Both the position numbers and the translations under genes were made by a program. This document shows, one piece after another, positions 13,176 to 14,917 of a stretch of 14,917 bases of DNA. Source of the DNA: an archaeon (GTDB lineage: Archaea; Iainarchaeota; Iainarchaeia; Iainarchaeales; CSSED10-239); the NCBI GenBank assembly GCA_037147375.1, contig JBAWVI010000013.1, positions 1-14,917 of the forward strand, read 5' to 3'. Under the pieces are notes generated by a model. It had not been told where the DNA came from and ran no database searches. It saw only the letters and a program-made list of their open reading frames with translations. Position 1 is the first letter of the stretch. Each line of letters opens with the position of its first letter.

Positions 13176-13976
13176 ATGGTAAGTGATTTAGATACTAAAT
13201 TAGATGAAATATATCATAAGTATGGATATGGATATAATTCTTCTGAAATACAGAAATTAAGAGAAATAACAAGAAACCCAGAATTAACTAAATGGTTAAT
13301 CTCTGCAATAGGAAGTTATTATTCGATTGCAAAGAAAAGATTAGGTACAAGTAATAAAATAACTATAACCGATGTTCTAGAAAGATTAAAACCATCAATT
13401 GAATTTATGAAAAACAAGAAGAATCTAGAATCTATTAAACTAAATGATTATATTATTAAAACAGAGTATGGATTCCCAAAGCATGTTGAAAATATAATTG
13501 AATATAGAATTTATTCAAAAGAAAATAAAGTTATTGGAACAATTGGTTTTGTTATATCTAAAAACAAAAGAGGATCTTCTCAATTAATTATGAATCATCT
13601 TCAAGGACTAGAACCAAATGTTAATACTCTTGAAACAATAAACAAATTAAATAAAGATCTTGGTGTATCTTGGAGAAACCTAGTTATTAAATTCTTAAAA
13701 AACTATGCACATAAGAATAAACATAAATTTGTTTATTTATTACCTCGTGATTTTAATGCATCTTTACCTGAAAAGATGTACAGAACAGAATACAAAAGAC
13801 AACTTAGAATGTATATTAATAGTGCATTAAAATCTGGAGTTCTTCCTGAAGAAATTGCGTTCTCAAAAGTTCCAAAAAGAAGTGGAACAAAAATAAAGAG
13901 TGCCTTGAAAGCAACAGTTAAAGGAAAGAATCTAAAAGAATTAAGAAAAATAAATGTTTATAAAATAATCAAATAA
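13176..13976 (+). CDS. Hypothetical Lys-rich protein (ORFan by eye)
   Basis: A long ORF. The ORF track starts at GTG 13170. ATG 13176 has AAGGTG (13165-13170) 5 nt upstream. No recognisable catalytic motif was found. Confidence 0.55.
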   Translation: MVSDLDTKLDEIYHKYGYGYNSSEIQKLREITRNPELTKWLISAIGSYYSIAKKRLGTSNKITITDVLERLKPSIEFMKNKKNLESIKLNDYIIKTEYGFPKHVENIIEYRIYSKENKVIGTIGFVISKNKRGSSQLIMNHLQGLEPNVNTLETINKLNKDLGVSWRNLVIKFLKNYAHKNKHKFVYLLPRDFNASLPEKMYRTEYKRQLRMYINSALKSGVLPEEIAFSKVPKRSGTKIKSALKATVKGKNLKELRKINVYKIIK

Positions 13977-13978
13977 AC

Positions 13979-14917
13979 TTACATCTTATTTCTAAGTGCA
14001 TCAACTGTATTCATGTGCTCTGCACGTCTTGCAGGAAGAACACCTGAAAGAATACCAGTAAGTAATGCAAGACCAAGACCTAAAAGAATAACTTTACCTG
14101 TAATTATTATTGTTAGCATAGTAAAACCTTGAGAAAGTGCATACCATTCAACTGCTTTTGCAATTCCAATTCCAAGTAATATACCAAGTACACCACCAAT
14201 AAATGAAAGAATTATTGATTCTGAAATAAATATATAATTAATATCCTTTGGCTGTGCTCCAATTGCTATAAGTACCCCAATTTCTTTAGTTCTTTCAAGA
14301 ACAGAAGTATAAATTGAATTCATTATTCCAATTGCACCAACAACTATTGATATTCCTGCTATTGCTGTTAGAATGATTTTAAGAACATTTAATATACTTT
14401 TAATAATTTCAAGAATTTGTACAGCAGTTATTACTATAAAAGAATTTTTCTCATGTGTTTTTTCTAATTTTTTTTGAATCTTATCTTTAATCAAGGTTAC
14501 ATCTTCTAATGGGTTTGTTTTAATAAATATTTCATCAACTTGATCTCCAATTCCATAAACTCCTTCTGCAAATTCTCTTGTCATGTAAATAGAACTATCA
14601 TCTTGTGAATTTCCTATATATTCCATAATTCCTACAACTTTGAAATCAAGATCATCAACTTTAATTGTATCTCCAACCTTTATCTTACGCTTGAACATAT
14701 CATCAGCAACTAATGCACCAATTATTATTTTTCTACCTTGTTTACCAGTAAGCCCAGTACCAGAACGAAGTTTCATATTCATTATTTTAATTGTTGTATC
14801 TGCTTGTGCTTCTTTAACAATATATACAGTTTTATATTGAGTTTCACGATTAAATTCAAGCTTAGTCATTTTAAATGAGAAAGGTATTACCTCAGTTACT
14901 CCAGCAATATTTTCAAT
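13979..14917 (-). CDS. ABC-transporter permease, FtsX/MacB-like, N-terminus beyond the window
   Basis: The C-terminal FtsX-type block of three TM helices reads AIAGISIVVGAIGIMNSIYTSVLERTKEIGVLIAIGAQPKDI...LSGVLPARRAEHMNTVDALR. An extracytoplasmic MacB-like domain precedes it. The frame stays open upstream of the listed ATG to the window end (IENIAGVTEVIPFSFK-M...). Confidence 0.8.
   Translation of the reverse strand: MENIAGVTEVIPFSFKMTKLEFNRETQYKTVYIVKEAQADTTIKIMNMKLRSGTGLTGKQGRKIIIGALVADDMFKRKIKVGDTIKVDDLDFKVVGIMEYIGNSQDDSSIYMTREFAEGVYGIGDQVDEIFIKTNPLEDVTLIKDKIQKKLEKTHEKNSFIVITAVQILEIIKSILNVLKIILTAIAGISIVVGAIGIMNSIYTSVLERTKEIGVLIAIGAQPKDINYIFISESIILSFIGGVLGILLGIGIAKAVEWYALSQGFTMLTIIITGKVILLGLGLALLTGILSGVLPARRAEHMNTVDALRNKM

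Noticed and set aside
14640-14840. ORF 14640-14840 (+) inside the FtsX-like permease gene
   Set aside because: It is antisense to a CDS with a clear MacB/FtsX domain signature. It is a shadow ORF.
1-14917. Possible stop-codon reassignment: all 13 gene ends use TAA or TAG, never TGA
   Set aside because: Long ORFs are intact under the standard code, with none broken at in-frame TGA. TAA dominance is expected at this AT content, and 13 genes are too few to infer recoding.

Overview
This is an AT-rich (about 30% GC by eye), tightly packed prokaryotic fragment with 13 credible CDS (two cut by the window edges) and one tRNA-Thr(UGU). There is no rRNA, CRISPR array, integrase or transposase. All family calls come from reading motifs by eye; no searches were run. 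My best guess for the source is a small-genome episymbiont. I lean DPANN archaeon because TTTAAATA/TTTATATA boxes sit about 25 nt before leaderless ATGs, the ATPase is an Arch_ATPase+DUF234 type, and the surface proteins carry C-terminal TM anchors. A CPR bacterium cannot be excluded, given hairpin+T-tract terminators, GGTG Shine-Dalgarno motifs, and disA, csp and RhuM. Layout: (1) 1-4421 holds two surface-protein genes, a giant modular FN3/Ig-like repeat protein and a TM-anchored Cys-rich/(Gly-Thr)n protein. (2) 4467-8393 is a visibly more AT-rich three-gene accessory island: a DUF234-type ATPase with a nuclease-like C-terminus, a RhuM-family protein, and a Pol-beta-type nucleotidyltransferase. 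(3) 8394-11882 carries disA, a cold-shock protein, a DUF1003 membrane protein, an ORFan and a small DenV/Pyr_excise-like protein. (4) 11923-13050 is a solitary class-II Fic gene lying against the 3' end of tRNA-Thr. (5) The rest is an ORFan and a partial FtsX/MacB-type permease. The most interesting signal is that three accessory genes are each individually bracketed by short direct repeats. The ATPase has a perfect 33-bp repeat, RhuM has a GC-rich 16/18 motif, and Fic has an 11-bp copy of the tRNA-Thr 3' end. This suggests single-gene cassette acquisition and a possible uncharacterised defence/conflict module.
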